Shown: one piece after another, positions 13,701-25,700 of the stretch
Layout of the letters: every line of letters begins with the position of its first letter
Position numbering within the stretch: position 1 is the first letter of the stretch
Origin: Fimbriosthenelais zetlandica
Lineage: Eukaryota
Direction: 5' to 3'
NCBI GenBank assembly: GCA_977030845.1
Contig: OZ365109.1
Span: 56,978,001 to 57,042,000, forward strand
DNA: 64,000 nt
The notes under the pieces: model-generated
Database searches by the model: none
What the model saw: only the letters and a program-made list of their open reading frames with translations
Told to the model about the DNA's origin: nothing
Position numbers and translations under genes: made by a program

Positions 13701-16700
13701 GGCAACTACTGACCTCCACTGAGATTTAGAGAAAAGAATGTCCTGGCTCTAAATATGTCCCATGCCTTTGGTGCTTTCTTCCATTTGTCATGGCTACCAA
13801 GCAAAATTTCAAACGGCTCTACGAAAGTAGGCTGAAAGAAATTTCACTGATGGTGTACTTCTTCAGTCCCTTTGTACTGATATACGTACTTGATAAAGTT
13901 TGTATATAATATTTTAAAATATATGAAATTCACCACTGGGAAGTCGTTGCGTGAGGAGGAAAACGAGAACCGTTCCTGGAATTGGAATATTAGGTTTACA
14001 TATGATTGTAAAATATAATGTCATGACATAAGCAGCAGTATAAGGGCCGTATCTTGGTCTGTTCACAGTTCTCACAATTATTAGGACAGGCGTGTCGTTC
14101 GTATACCCAACAAACCCGATGTGTACATTTGCATTAGTCAGTTGTGTGTTGGAACCTGAAGCACAGGTTCACATGTATGTGTGCTGTATCTGTTGTAGAA
14201 CATTCTGCCTCGCGCCCCGAAGGCATGTAAAACCACTATCCTGTGAGTCAGTCTCGAAAACTACCAGACCCTTAAGCAGGTGACCCAAGTCTTCGATGAA
14301 GAGGGATCTGGTAGAAGGGAGACCATGTTTCCTAAGGTTGCCCTGCGGCAAGGCCATATAACAAAGCCAATGATGCATTATAGCAAGCAGCCTGCAGTTC
14401 GACCATTCACCAACACCCATACTTCAAAGATAGTCCTAAGTGCATGTCTATAACATGGCATCTGGGCGTTAATTTCTACATGATTCTTTGTTCCTCATAT
14501 ATGGGGTCCCGGGTGACATTTTACAGATTGAGCGAATGGATATGGTCAGGATATCTATTATATTATGAGGAACGATTGCTGGGTCCCTAACTGGAGTCCA
14601 TAGCAGTATGTTAATCTAACAGCTCCATGTGGGGCCTGTGATTTATGATTATTAAAATCTGACTTTTACAGTTGCATGTTTTTGACACATGTCGTCTACT
14701 AGGATTAAGATTGCACATAGAAGTGCAATGATGAACCAATTACTCATCTCCTGATCCAAGACATTTCCAGATACCGCTGGCACCAATGTCATCAAAAATG
14801 CCTCTCCAGCGCAGCACAAGCCGTTGAGCAATGGCTTATCTCTACCTCATGGCGTCTTGAACATGGATCCAAATCGCCTGACTACGGACCTCGATTCAGA
14901 AAGACCAATCAAAAGTTCAGTGTTGACAATTTTGATTAAGGAGGCAGCGGGCAGGCGGTCGCGCGATGGCCGCACCAAGGTCGTGGCCAGGCCACTTGTT
15001 TATCTTCAAATAGTATGATCAGTGGCGGTAGGTTTTCACATTGGCATCGCCCAGTGTCACTCGCAGCCCGGGAATGGGATGTAATATCAAACAACGATCA
15101 ATGGCCAAGCCTACCAAGTCACCGGCCGATGAGACTCAATTGAAACGATTTCCACCGCTCCAACTGGCATAGAAGCGGCCATCAAGAAGCACATTTACCA
15201 GGTCAAGGTCAAAGCCCATTGTGTCCCATGATGCAGCAGTGCCCGGTGACGATGGGGGCAGGAGGAAGAAGGCACTGTTTTGTCCCGGAAGGGGGCGTAA
15301 TCACCTCCCCATAAGATCAATGTGGAGACGATTGCGGGGCAAGGGCACACATTACCGGAGAGAAGGTGGGTGGTTGGACGGGACGGTTTTAGTTCCAAGT
15401 CAGTGTGATTTACTTGGAGCTCAGTCCCGGGGGTCAGGCCTGAAGATCCCAAAGTCAGGGCTGGGATTTAGTCGTCTCTACCAAGGCTGTCTAAGGCTTT
15501 CCACATTCACATCAGAGAGAGCGGCCTCCTGGATACTTTATGTAGGCAGCCTCAGCATCTGCTTGAGAGGAATATAGTGGGAGGATGTTTTCTAAAAAGC
15601 ATCGCCATTAACTCCTTTATGTCAGAAGCTGGTAGGGGCAGAGAAATCCCTGGTTTTCTACTCAAAATGCCGGCCTGGGATAACCTAGGGCTACTGGCTG
15701 ATATACCAATGGGGAAAGTATTAGACTCGATCAATAATTACAGACCTGAGGTCGCTAAGTGCATTACTAACTCATATGTTTGTTTTACCGGTCTTAAACG
15801 CCCAAAATAGGGGAATGTTAGCGACTGCAAAGTCGTATCATTTGTCTTATAGAAGGCCAGATTGTCTGAGCATAACCCCAAGTTCTCAGAATGAAGTAGA
15901 CTAAATACATTACAATTAAGTGGAGAAACAGTGGGCTCTTTCAGCATGATTGCCACTTTCAGTTTGATTAACGTGCAAACAATGCAATCAAAGTAAGATA
16001 AAAATTTTCTAATCCATTTCAAATGAAATCTGTGGCAGGCACGAACAATCAAGTGTGTCCGGTAGTCTGTCAATCATTACTCCACAAACCTGATTTCAGT
16101 TACATTTGACACTTGCAGTTAGTTAAAAACATGCCAGTCTTTTTACTTGAATGCCATGAATTAAGTCCCATTTGGACTCAAGAAACCTAAACAGATTGTA
16201 CCCAAAGGACAGTCACCTCGCTATCTGGTCCAATGGCCCCTGATAATAATGCATTTCATATTCCTTGTGTCATGCCACCCTGGCTCTCATTCCCGACCGA
16301 ATCATTTCGGCTGAGGAAACAAAATATCTATATTGACCTCTTCCCAAATAATCCTTTCATGAAAACCGGGAATGTTAAGGTATTTTTAAACTGTAATGGG
16401 TCTGTTTCGCGGGGAAAAAAATCTCTAAGTGGAGAGAAGTTGGAAATTCATTTCAACTTGGGAACTAGTTTCTGTTACAATTAGGAAAGATAATAAGCAT
16501 GGCTGGCATCTGTCAGCCTGCGGGTTGGTGCTTGGTGTCCCACTGTGTGTCCTTGAAACCTTGAAATGACAAGAATTCTAGATCCTTCATTGCTCGGCAG
16601 TATGAACAGAATTGGACATCTTAAAGCGCAGACGATGACTGAGTTATTGGCCAATTACCGAAGTGCTTTATTGAATTGGGCCATTTTGATTAAGGACGGC

Positions 16701-19700
16701 GGGTTAAAAATGAGAAAAAATGGCTTATTCATATGTGACATGCCCTCTGAACTTTGATTGACCTCGAGTGGCATCCGACCTCTCATGTTCAAGAAAGGTT
16801 GCCTTTTGATGGCGGTGAGCGTTGGACTGGGAATGGCCCAGCATGTCAGCGGTAGCTTCTAGAAGGAAATGAACCAAAATTAGATTTTCCCTACGACACA
16901 CTTTTAATTGATCGCTCTGATTCGGTTTTCCTGTTTGGGTGAGGCTGGGGCAGCACGTACTTCAAAGTAAGGGAAAGGCCTTTAAAGGAAATTGATGTCG
17001 GGGATGGGGCTTACAGTCATGTATGCAGTTCCCTCAGTCGCTTGGAAGGAATGGGGGCATTTTCCCTTGCTGAAGCACCCGGGCTCAATTTCCGTAGAGT
17101 CGGTATTGGGCATTGATAAGCTTCCACTGGTTCAGTGGGCTTGGGAAAGGCGGCCGGTGGGGAAAGATTCACCAACTGTGTGTGGGACATATTCAGCATG
17201 ACAGGACTGTAAAAGAATATCACATCACAGCTTGGTGGAGGAAGAAAATGTTCCTGGCTGTTTACGGCCATCTGAAATGTCTCCCAGTCACAAAGAAAAG
17301 AGCATTGGGTGACACACAGGGATTGGTGCAATCCCTGGGATATGGCAGGGCGGATCTCGTGTCAACGTGAGAAGTGGCGCGATTTGAGAGGAGAGGATGA
17401 ATGGGATGTGGAGGGAGGGGCACAGTTTGATCAGGTTTGGTTGGAGCTAAATAATCAGTGGAAAGAAACGAAAAGATGGTAAAAGCAGACTATGTGGAAT
17501 GAGAAGAATATTGGAGACAAAAGAAAGGAATGGGGAATGCGGCAGGGACTAAGAAGGGTACAAGTTAAGGGTATAAGTTAAAACAAGTTATATACATTAT
17601 GTAAAGAAGGATGAAGACATGGAGATTATATATACTGAAAACGAATATGAATTTGAAAACTATCTTTCTCAAATATAGCGACATTTGCGCCTCTAGTAAA
17701 TGATTGTCTCAATTTATGCATACATTGGGCACATGTGCATCAGCACATTCAACAAAACCCCCAGCGACTCAATCAGTAGTGGAAAATAACACCCATGCAA
17801 GGATGTAATCACCAATGAATGAGGCTATTGTTTTAGACTGAAATCTTCTGATTTGAGTTAACGAGGAAAATCTATTGTCTTCTCCCACACACTCCTCTGC
17901 ATGTGATATGTATATGGAACATTATTTTCGTATTTGTTAGGAAACAAGTCAGTCAGTGTTGCTCATATAGAATGCCTCATATAATATTGATGAGGAAACT
18001 TCCTGTTCACTTGGCATTTTCTAATCACCAAAATAATCGACTCTAATAAATCCCTGCGGTTTTAATTAGTATCTTGTCCCACAACAGGAAGTATCTAGAA
18101 AGAATTTAAAGATGGAGAATGTCAAATTTGACACGAGGTATTATCTCGCATCATGAATATTTGTTCATTATCTCTCACAATAATGAAGCGCCTTTTATCG
18201 CCAGCCTCTCCCTTTACAACTATAACCTCGGATTGCCTGCATGCTGGGAGCTGTCTCAACAATTTTCTTAGGCAAAAATCCCGCTCCAATGCTGCATTGG
18301 AGCTCCCTGCGAATGGACTGTTAGTAATCTATCCATGCATATGAAGTGGCTGTCGCTAGGCACCCTAAAGGAATAATGCCTCCAGAGATGCTGGCTTAAA
18401 AACGTTGGAGGAGAGGCATTTGTAGTTTGTAGACTTGACGCTCTGTATACAGCGCCCATTAAACCCTATCATTGTCGAGTATATGTACCACTTTCACAAT
18501 AGACTTTACAAACCCATCGTGGAGAAGAGAGAAGAAGTAGGAAGTGGGTAGGAAGGACTTGCAGGATAATTAGTTGCACCCATTTCTGGCTGGTGTTAAC
18601 GTCTAGGAGTAACTTATCCGTTTTTGACCTGGGATAATGGGCCACAGCCTAAGCAGCAGAAACATTTCCTGTCAAAGGAAGTTTCTGCGCGGATGCCTCT
18701 CACCGCCCCACAGCTTTCGGATCCCTCCCGTTTTGTCCTTGTTCACCAATTACTCCTCCTAGACGCTTTGCTTGCACCCACCATTGCCAGACTAGCCATG
18801 TTTCCCCAATATGCCACACTGACTTGGCCATGGACACCCGGCTGGTTTTCCATTAAGTGATGTTGAATTGTCCTCAGCCTAAGGATTGTCAGAGCCTGTC
18901 GCTAGGGGGAGCGTTTCTGTCGCCATGGTAAAGGTAGATTATTGAAGCGCAGATGAAATGATTTCTACAGGCGTGGTGGAAGAAGGTACCATCAATGATC
19001 CCCGCCCACCGCTCAGCCTCGCAAAATTAAGTCACTTCTCACCGACTTGTTGGTTGGATTAAAGAGGCACCCTTCATTTCACGCCTGCCCTGCCTCACCT
19101 CACCTATTTATTTACTTCATAATTCCATCTCTCCTTTTATCCCAGTCGGTGGGAGGGCTTTGAGTCTAGTGGTAGTGCAGAGCTAAAATTCTTTATGTGA
19201 AGATTTCAAGGAAGCAATGCAATCTGATACCCCACTGCAATCTCCTTTTTCCCTTCAGTATTCTGCAGGCATTATCCTTGGACCATGCATGCTAAGTCTA
19301 TGGCTATTTTTGTTATGAAATGGGCTCCTGGAGTCTATAAAGAGCCTACTATCTATAGGTTACTGGAGCAGATGCCTATTATATATTATTCTAAGTTGCT
19401 GTGAAGTGCCACATCTTTCAATCCAGCGAACAAGATTTTTGACTATTTTAAACCATTTTCACAGGTTTCCATTTCTGCATCTAAAAATACTGCTTGTAGG
19501 GTACAATAGAAGCAAAATGTGTTGCTTGTTTGTTCAAATGGCTTGATGATCGAGGGGTATCATTGTCGTTTAGGGTGCGAGAGGTCCCGGGTTCAAATCC
19601 CGGACAATAAGCGTATACATAGCATAGTATATACAAAGTGTACGGTATACATATATAGAACACCCTCCTACTTTGTCCTTCCTTTGTATAGCTTCTCAAA

Positions 19701-22700
19701 AAGGGAATCTATTCTTCATATGAGTTGCTCCCCACCCACCACATCAACTCCCTGCCATCGTCTGCCTCTCTGCCATACCCATCAATAAAAATACATTATT
19801 AGCCCAGGCCGAGAAACATGATTTGTTGGAGGCACGTCAACAGCAACTTTCTGTCTTAAGTAAAATATATTCTGCTTCTCGTTATTGGCTAAGAGGCCGC
19901 TGTTGATTATCAGTCCTTGTCTAGAAAACTAGTCTGACCTCAGGCTGTGGTGTGGCCCCCGTCCACCAGCTCAAACTGTGTGGAATTCCTCCTGACACTT
20001 TGACAAAAAGTGCTCCCTCGAGTATGATTCAAGGCAAAAATAACCCCTCCTTGCTGGAAACTCGCTTTCTGCAAGATTTCCTAAAGCAAACCAGTTCTTT
20101 CCTCGGAATGTAAGCCTAACCCATATTTTTCTCTCACTGTTAACACCCATTTTGCAACTACGTGAGGTAGTTACCGGTACATATCTGACATACTATTAAT
20201 TATGCCCTCGCATGGCAGTTTAGAATATTTGATTTAATAATATGTTAACCACTTATTATCCTAATATTTTGCAATTAAATATGTGAACATCTAGATAGAT
20301 ATTGCATGTGAAAACCCTAAGGTCTTATATATTTTTGGTATAATTCAGTGTTCCTAGTTTTACCGCCAGCCTTGCTCCGGATTATGAATCCCCAATATTA
20401 TTTATACCGCCCTCCCTTCAGAATCTGCCATGATACCGAATCTAGTTTGCATTTCAATTGATTTTTCAATGAAAAAAGGCACGAGCTGATGATGAGCCCA
20501 ATAGCTCACCCAATTTACTCGTGTGTATATATAGAGTAGGAAAGTCCACAGCTGTCTCTAGATTAACGGTCATTAACCGGCCCTCTAAGCCTCCTCAGCC
20601 TGCCCTGGAGAAGGGATTCTTCCCACAGGATGATTTGTTTTAAAGAAACACAAGCTGTTTCCCCATTTGACATCAAACTATCTCGCCATTCGTGACTTTT
20701 TATTCACAAGAAAAAGGTCTCGTCTGAAGCAGTGAAGAGATTTTACTTGAAACCTTTCCATGTTGTCAGTGAGGGTAGCCAGTGAGTCTAATCTAGGCAA
20801 GCTAGCCCTTTTAACAGTTGTCATTGGCAATTAAGAGGGGCCCATGCTTTGGCACCTAATTAGCTCATATATGAAATATTAGCCATTTTTGCTGTTGATA
20901 AATTTAATTGGCGGCATCCAGCACAGCATTGTGAGCTATCACATCCAACACTTCCATGCCACTTTGACATTTCATTTTCATGCATATTCAGAATTGCACA
21001 CGTGAAATGCACCAAGGTGGAATGGGCACCAGCTAATGAGGGTGGGATTCATGAAAGAAAATTAGCTTCATGGTGTTTTCCGAATGTTGCAGCAGTCGAT
21101 GGACAGCAACAAAACACCAAAAATAAATTCTCAGCATCATGATCATTAATAATTCCCTTCTTCCCTATAGAAAAAGCCAACAGCTTTATCCTTGAAACAC
21201 CTTTTTAGTTATGGATCTGTTTATTGATATCCATTTAAATACCCTTGCACTTTGTGTGGTCTAATAAGGTCCTGGCTTGCAGCGCATTATCTTTCCTTGT
21301 CTCTATGCAATGCACATTACTTTTAAAATAGATATTCCCTTACAACGGTTGAACATGTTGAAGTGCATTTGCTCAATGCTGAATTATCGATATCCAAAGG
21401 TAGACCAATAGTTTATAGATACAATATCGCTAATAAAATTCTTCAGAATGACAAGGGTGCAAAATAAGTTGGATAGATGTAATGGAGAATAGTTGAAGTA
21501 GGAATAGAAAAATGCATGATTGTTGTTGAGGAAAGATACGAAAATGGACGTCACCGTTTTTGTTCAGGTGTATGAATACTTTTGACTCCAACTGTACCTT
21601 TATTGACACGAATATTGGGCATCATCCATTAAAATGATTTGATGGCCTTCTAATGCTGATTATTAAAAAAGAAAGTTGACTCGAACCAGGGGCTATCTCT
21701 AAAACATTCATACCATTAGCCAATGCTAAATCCTTGGACATTTTCCACAAATGCTGGTATTATTTTTTATTGTAAAACCCACAGAAACACTAAAAACCTC
21801 AGTGAATCACTCCAATGGAAAAGATTTTTAAATCAATAATTGGGGAATGATGGGCTTTCTTTTGTTTTGATATTAAAATTCATACTCGACCTTGCTGCAC
21901 AGACAATGCAGTGAGGACAATTCTCTATCTCCAAAATCACTGGCTCCAGCTAGCTTGTTGATCCAGGCTCGTTAATCCCCTTGAGTTCCCACAAAGATTA
22001 CTTTGATCATTCAAATGGTGGGTTTTAATCCAATCAATCAGGAGATTTTGGCCATCGCTAGTCTCATTGGCCCTGGCTAGAGGTGCCATGGTCTGCGGTG
22101 CACGACACATGGCCATGTAACCACGGCCAGTCTCTGCTTAAAACCTATCCCATTTCACTTGAACGTAACCCAAACCCACTCCTTTTCATTTCAATAGTTG
22201 AAGAGTGAAATTATCCCCCTGATTATGAAATGCGGTTCTGTTGAAATGGGACATGATTCTTATTAAACTTGACACCATCAAATTGAAATATCCACGATGC
22301 CCTTCATCTGCCATGAAACACAAATCTTTTCATCTTTTATTATGTCAGGGGGGACAAGAGAAGTACTTAATTCAATTTGTCATCTTTAAACCGAGATAAA
22401 ACTGAATCAGTTTGTAAAAGTGGGGTTTCCCGATAGTACAATCTCTGATGATGTGCTGAAATACATTCTTCTGCATATATCTAGCATACTTCAGGAAAGA
22501 TGGGTAAGGCTGCATGCAGAATAGATTTTTAAGTCCATTGGATTGGAGGTCCATAGTTATGGCTAACAGCAAACCTGGTACCCCATTTGATGCGGGTAAT
22601 AGCTGAAACTATAAACCGAGGTCCAGTATAAAGTGCACTATAATGTATAGTGCATAGCAGTATACTGAGGGATAAAGTAAAACCTAGTTCTTTTTAATTC

Positions 22701-25700
22701 TGACTCGACTGATTCTGAGAACTATATAGTTTCCCTCCTATTAAGCACTAAAATCAGATTACATATACCCGATGAAGCCAGGTATTAATCATTGTCGTTC
22801 AATTTTATGGAAGCATCGGTGACATTTCTAATCTCATGGCACCACATTAATCTATTGGAATTTGATAATTCTACCATGGGATCGAAGCAGATCTGCAACT
22901 CTAGACTTTTTGTATGGATCTAAGGGGACGTTTTCTTTGCCTGCATCTGCTCGAATCCCACACACCTATTTCAGTTCCCCTGCTTGACAGTCTGCGAGTG
23001 GAACCGAAAGGCTCTTTCCCTTCATTTGATCCGAAAGACATTTTCCTTTGACTAAACATACAGGAAGGTCTGTCCAATATCTCAAGTTTTCCAGGTGGAA
23101 GGGCAAGGCACTTTGTGGCTAGGCATCCACTTCACTTACAAGCCATGTTTACTCAGTTTTTCACGAATATATATCTTTTAGAACCGTTTATCTTGAATGA
23201 ATGTCAAACCTTCTGCATTGACCATATTTGATACACATTTCAGTTCATATCTACAATACAAGACGATTTTATTGACATACTGGACAAAGACACATCAGTT
23301 GATGGCCGATTGTTGCGGGCATATACCATATCAGATAGGTACAATGGAGAGCCAGCTTGACCTATGCCTAGACCTGTGCCCTCTTGGAATTTTGGGCCTT
23401 GAGGGCAGTTCTGCCATCTGACAAGTGTCATTCATAGTCCAGTCCTGTAAGCCCTTTGCCCTGGCATGACCTTTTCAACCTTTGACTCCTCTTCTAAGTT
23501 TTCTCCTGAAAGGGTCTGTAGTAAATGCATATAATGCAATGTGAATGTTTGCTCAATGGTATTGAGAAAATGCTTAGCTGCGTAATTTGCAAATTATGTT
23601 AAATTGCATCTGTAATAGTAACATATAGTGTCTCACTTTTAGTCTCTTCAAATGTTTCTTCACAGATCCATTAACATTTTTTCCACATGCTGAGATCATA
23701 TTTGCCTAAACATAATATTCTATAGAAATGATCTTCATTCTAAAAGTGCTCAAAGTAACATTTTAACAGAATATGAAAAATGACTTGATATCCTTTCAAC
23801 ACGTTCTTCTAGGTCTATGTTATAGAGAACTTGGCCTAGGGTAAAGTAAACGATATGCTTTCTGAAAAGGAATTCTTGTTGGTAAACCTAAAAGACAAAT
23901 GATCTTTGATCTGTTTAGGATGCATAGATGTACGAAATAGACTTTCCACTAGAGGGATTTTTGATTGGCGTTTTCGGGGACAGCTGTCAGTACACCCTAC
24001 ACAAGTGACAGAGGCAGTGTGTGGGGATTTGCTGTGAACATGTCCTCTGTTTCCATGGACACAACCAAAACCATCTTTCTCTCATTCATCATCATCCTTG
24101 CACAAGGCTTGCCTGTATCCATCTTGGTCGCCATGACAACCAACTGACCTTACAGGGTCAAGAAGTACGGCGACAAGCTGGTCGTGTCGCCTGTGCAGGC
24201 CATATATTTTCATTTGGCCTGTGTCAGGAGCATATTCAATATGGCGTACCAACTACTTCCGGTGTTATTTTCTGACATAGATACAAGCCTGTGGGGGCGC
24301 CACTAAGCATTGTGTTAAGGGTGGGCTGGTAGAAAAAGCGGCCGTGTAGATCAGTACATACTGTTATCTATTATGTAACCAAAATAGCTGCAGGCCTTTT
24401 ATCATATTAGGCAACAAATAAAATGCTGCAAAATATATTACGTCCTTTTGTCCTGTTTCTTTTCTCGTTCTTCTTTCCCTCTTATCAAGGCTTTTTGTAT
24501 TCAAAAATAGAACAATGCCCATGGATAAATTGATAACCTGCAATAAAAATGTGCTTTTGCCATAATATGAAGTATATCCCATTTTTCATTTTTCAGATCG
24601 TTGTTCAGCGCATAATCACCAATTTCTCCCTGGACCTTGCCCAAAATGAAGATTCCCAATCTGAACATTTCCTGACAACCATCAAACCGTTTCAGAGCGT
24701 CAGTTTCCTTATCTCTGTCTACACCACCGTCCGGCAGGACACCTACCTGGACATGGACCCCGGGGACGGATCTCGCCAGCAAACCCATCTTCTCGTAGAC
24801 AAACATGGCGAATATCTCGGGCAAAGAAAGGGCGGTCCTGACCATATCTCTCTATTGGCTAATTATGGCGACTCGGTATGCTTGCTGAACCTTGCTTGGG
24901 AACACACCTACACAAGGGAGGGTTTCTTTCTACCCCATGCTCGTGTTTATAACAACAACACTGACCTTGAGGATGAGTTACCTGCTCCCATTGCTGTTCT
25001 AAGTGAACTGCAGGGTTTATATATCCAGGGGGAGCCTACAGTGGTGGTGGGCGAATATTATGAATACATGGCTGGATTTGATAATCCCTTGACGGCCCTG
25101 AATACCTCATTTACGTGGACGGTCGTCTCTCCAGATGATAAGGTCGTCAGGAATGTCTCGGGGCAAGACAAAATATTGAGTTTCAACTTCAGACAGCAGG
25201 GAAATTATAAGATAAAACTGAAGGCTGAAAACCCCATTAGTTTTGAAACTGCGGACTTCCCTGTTGATGTTCATGGGTCCATCGGTAACCTTTCCCTGGT
25301 ACTCGACGGGGCATCCAACATAAAACTCGGCGATCCTGTTACATTAATAGCCACAGCCGAGTCGGATAAAGTAAGGTTTGAATGGGATTTCCATGGACGA
25401 GGAAAGGCAATAATCACAGAGTCAGACAACCACACCTCAGCAGCAACTTTTATATTTGACCAACCTGGCAATTACTCAGTAGAGGTGAATGCTAGCACGA
25501 ACTATGAAAGCCGTCTTTTAGAATACCATGAGAAAATCCAAGTACTTGAGCCTATTGAGACATTGTATGTGACCACCAATTCCCCAACATTGGCCGGCAA
25601 TCTAACCACAATAAAGGCTGAAGCTAATGGCTCGAATATCAAATTTGAGCTGCATTACGACAATACCACCCAGTTGGCTTACAAGTACGGAACCTCGCAT

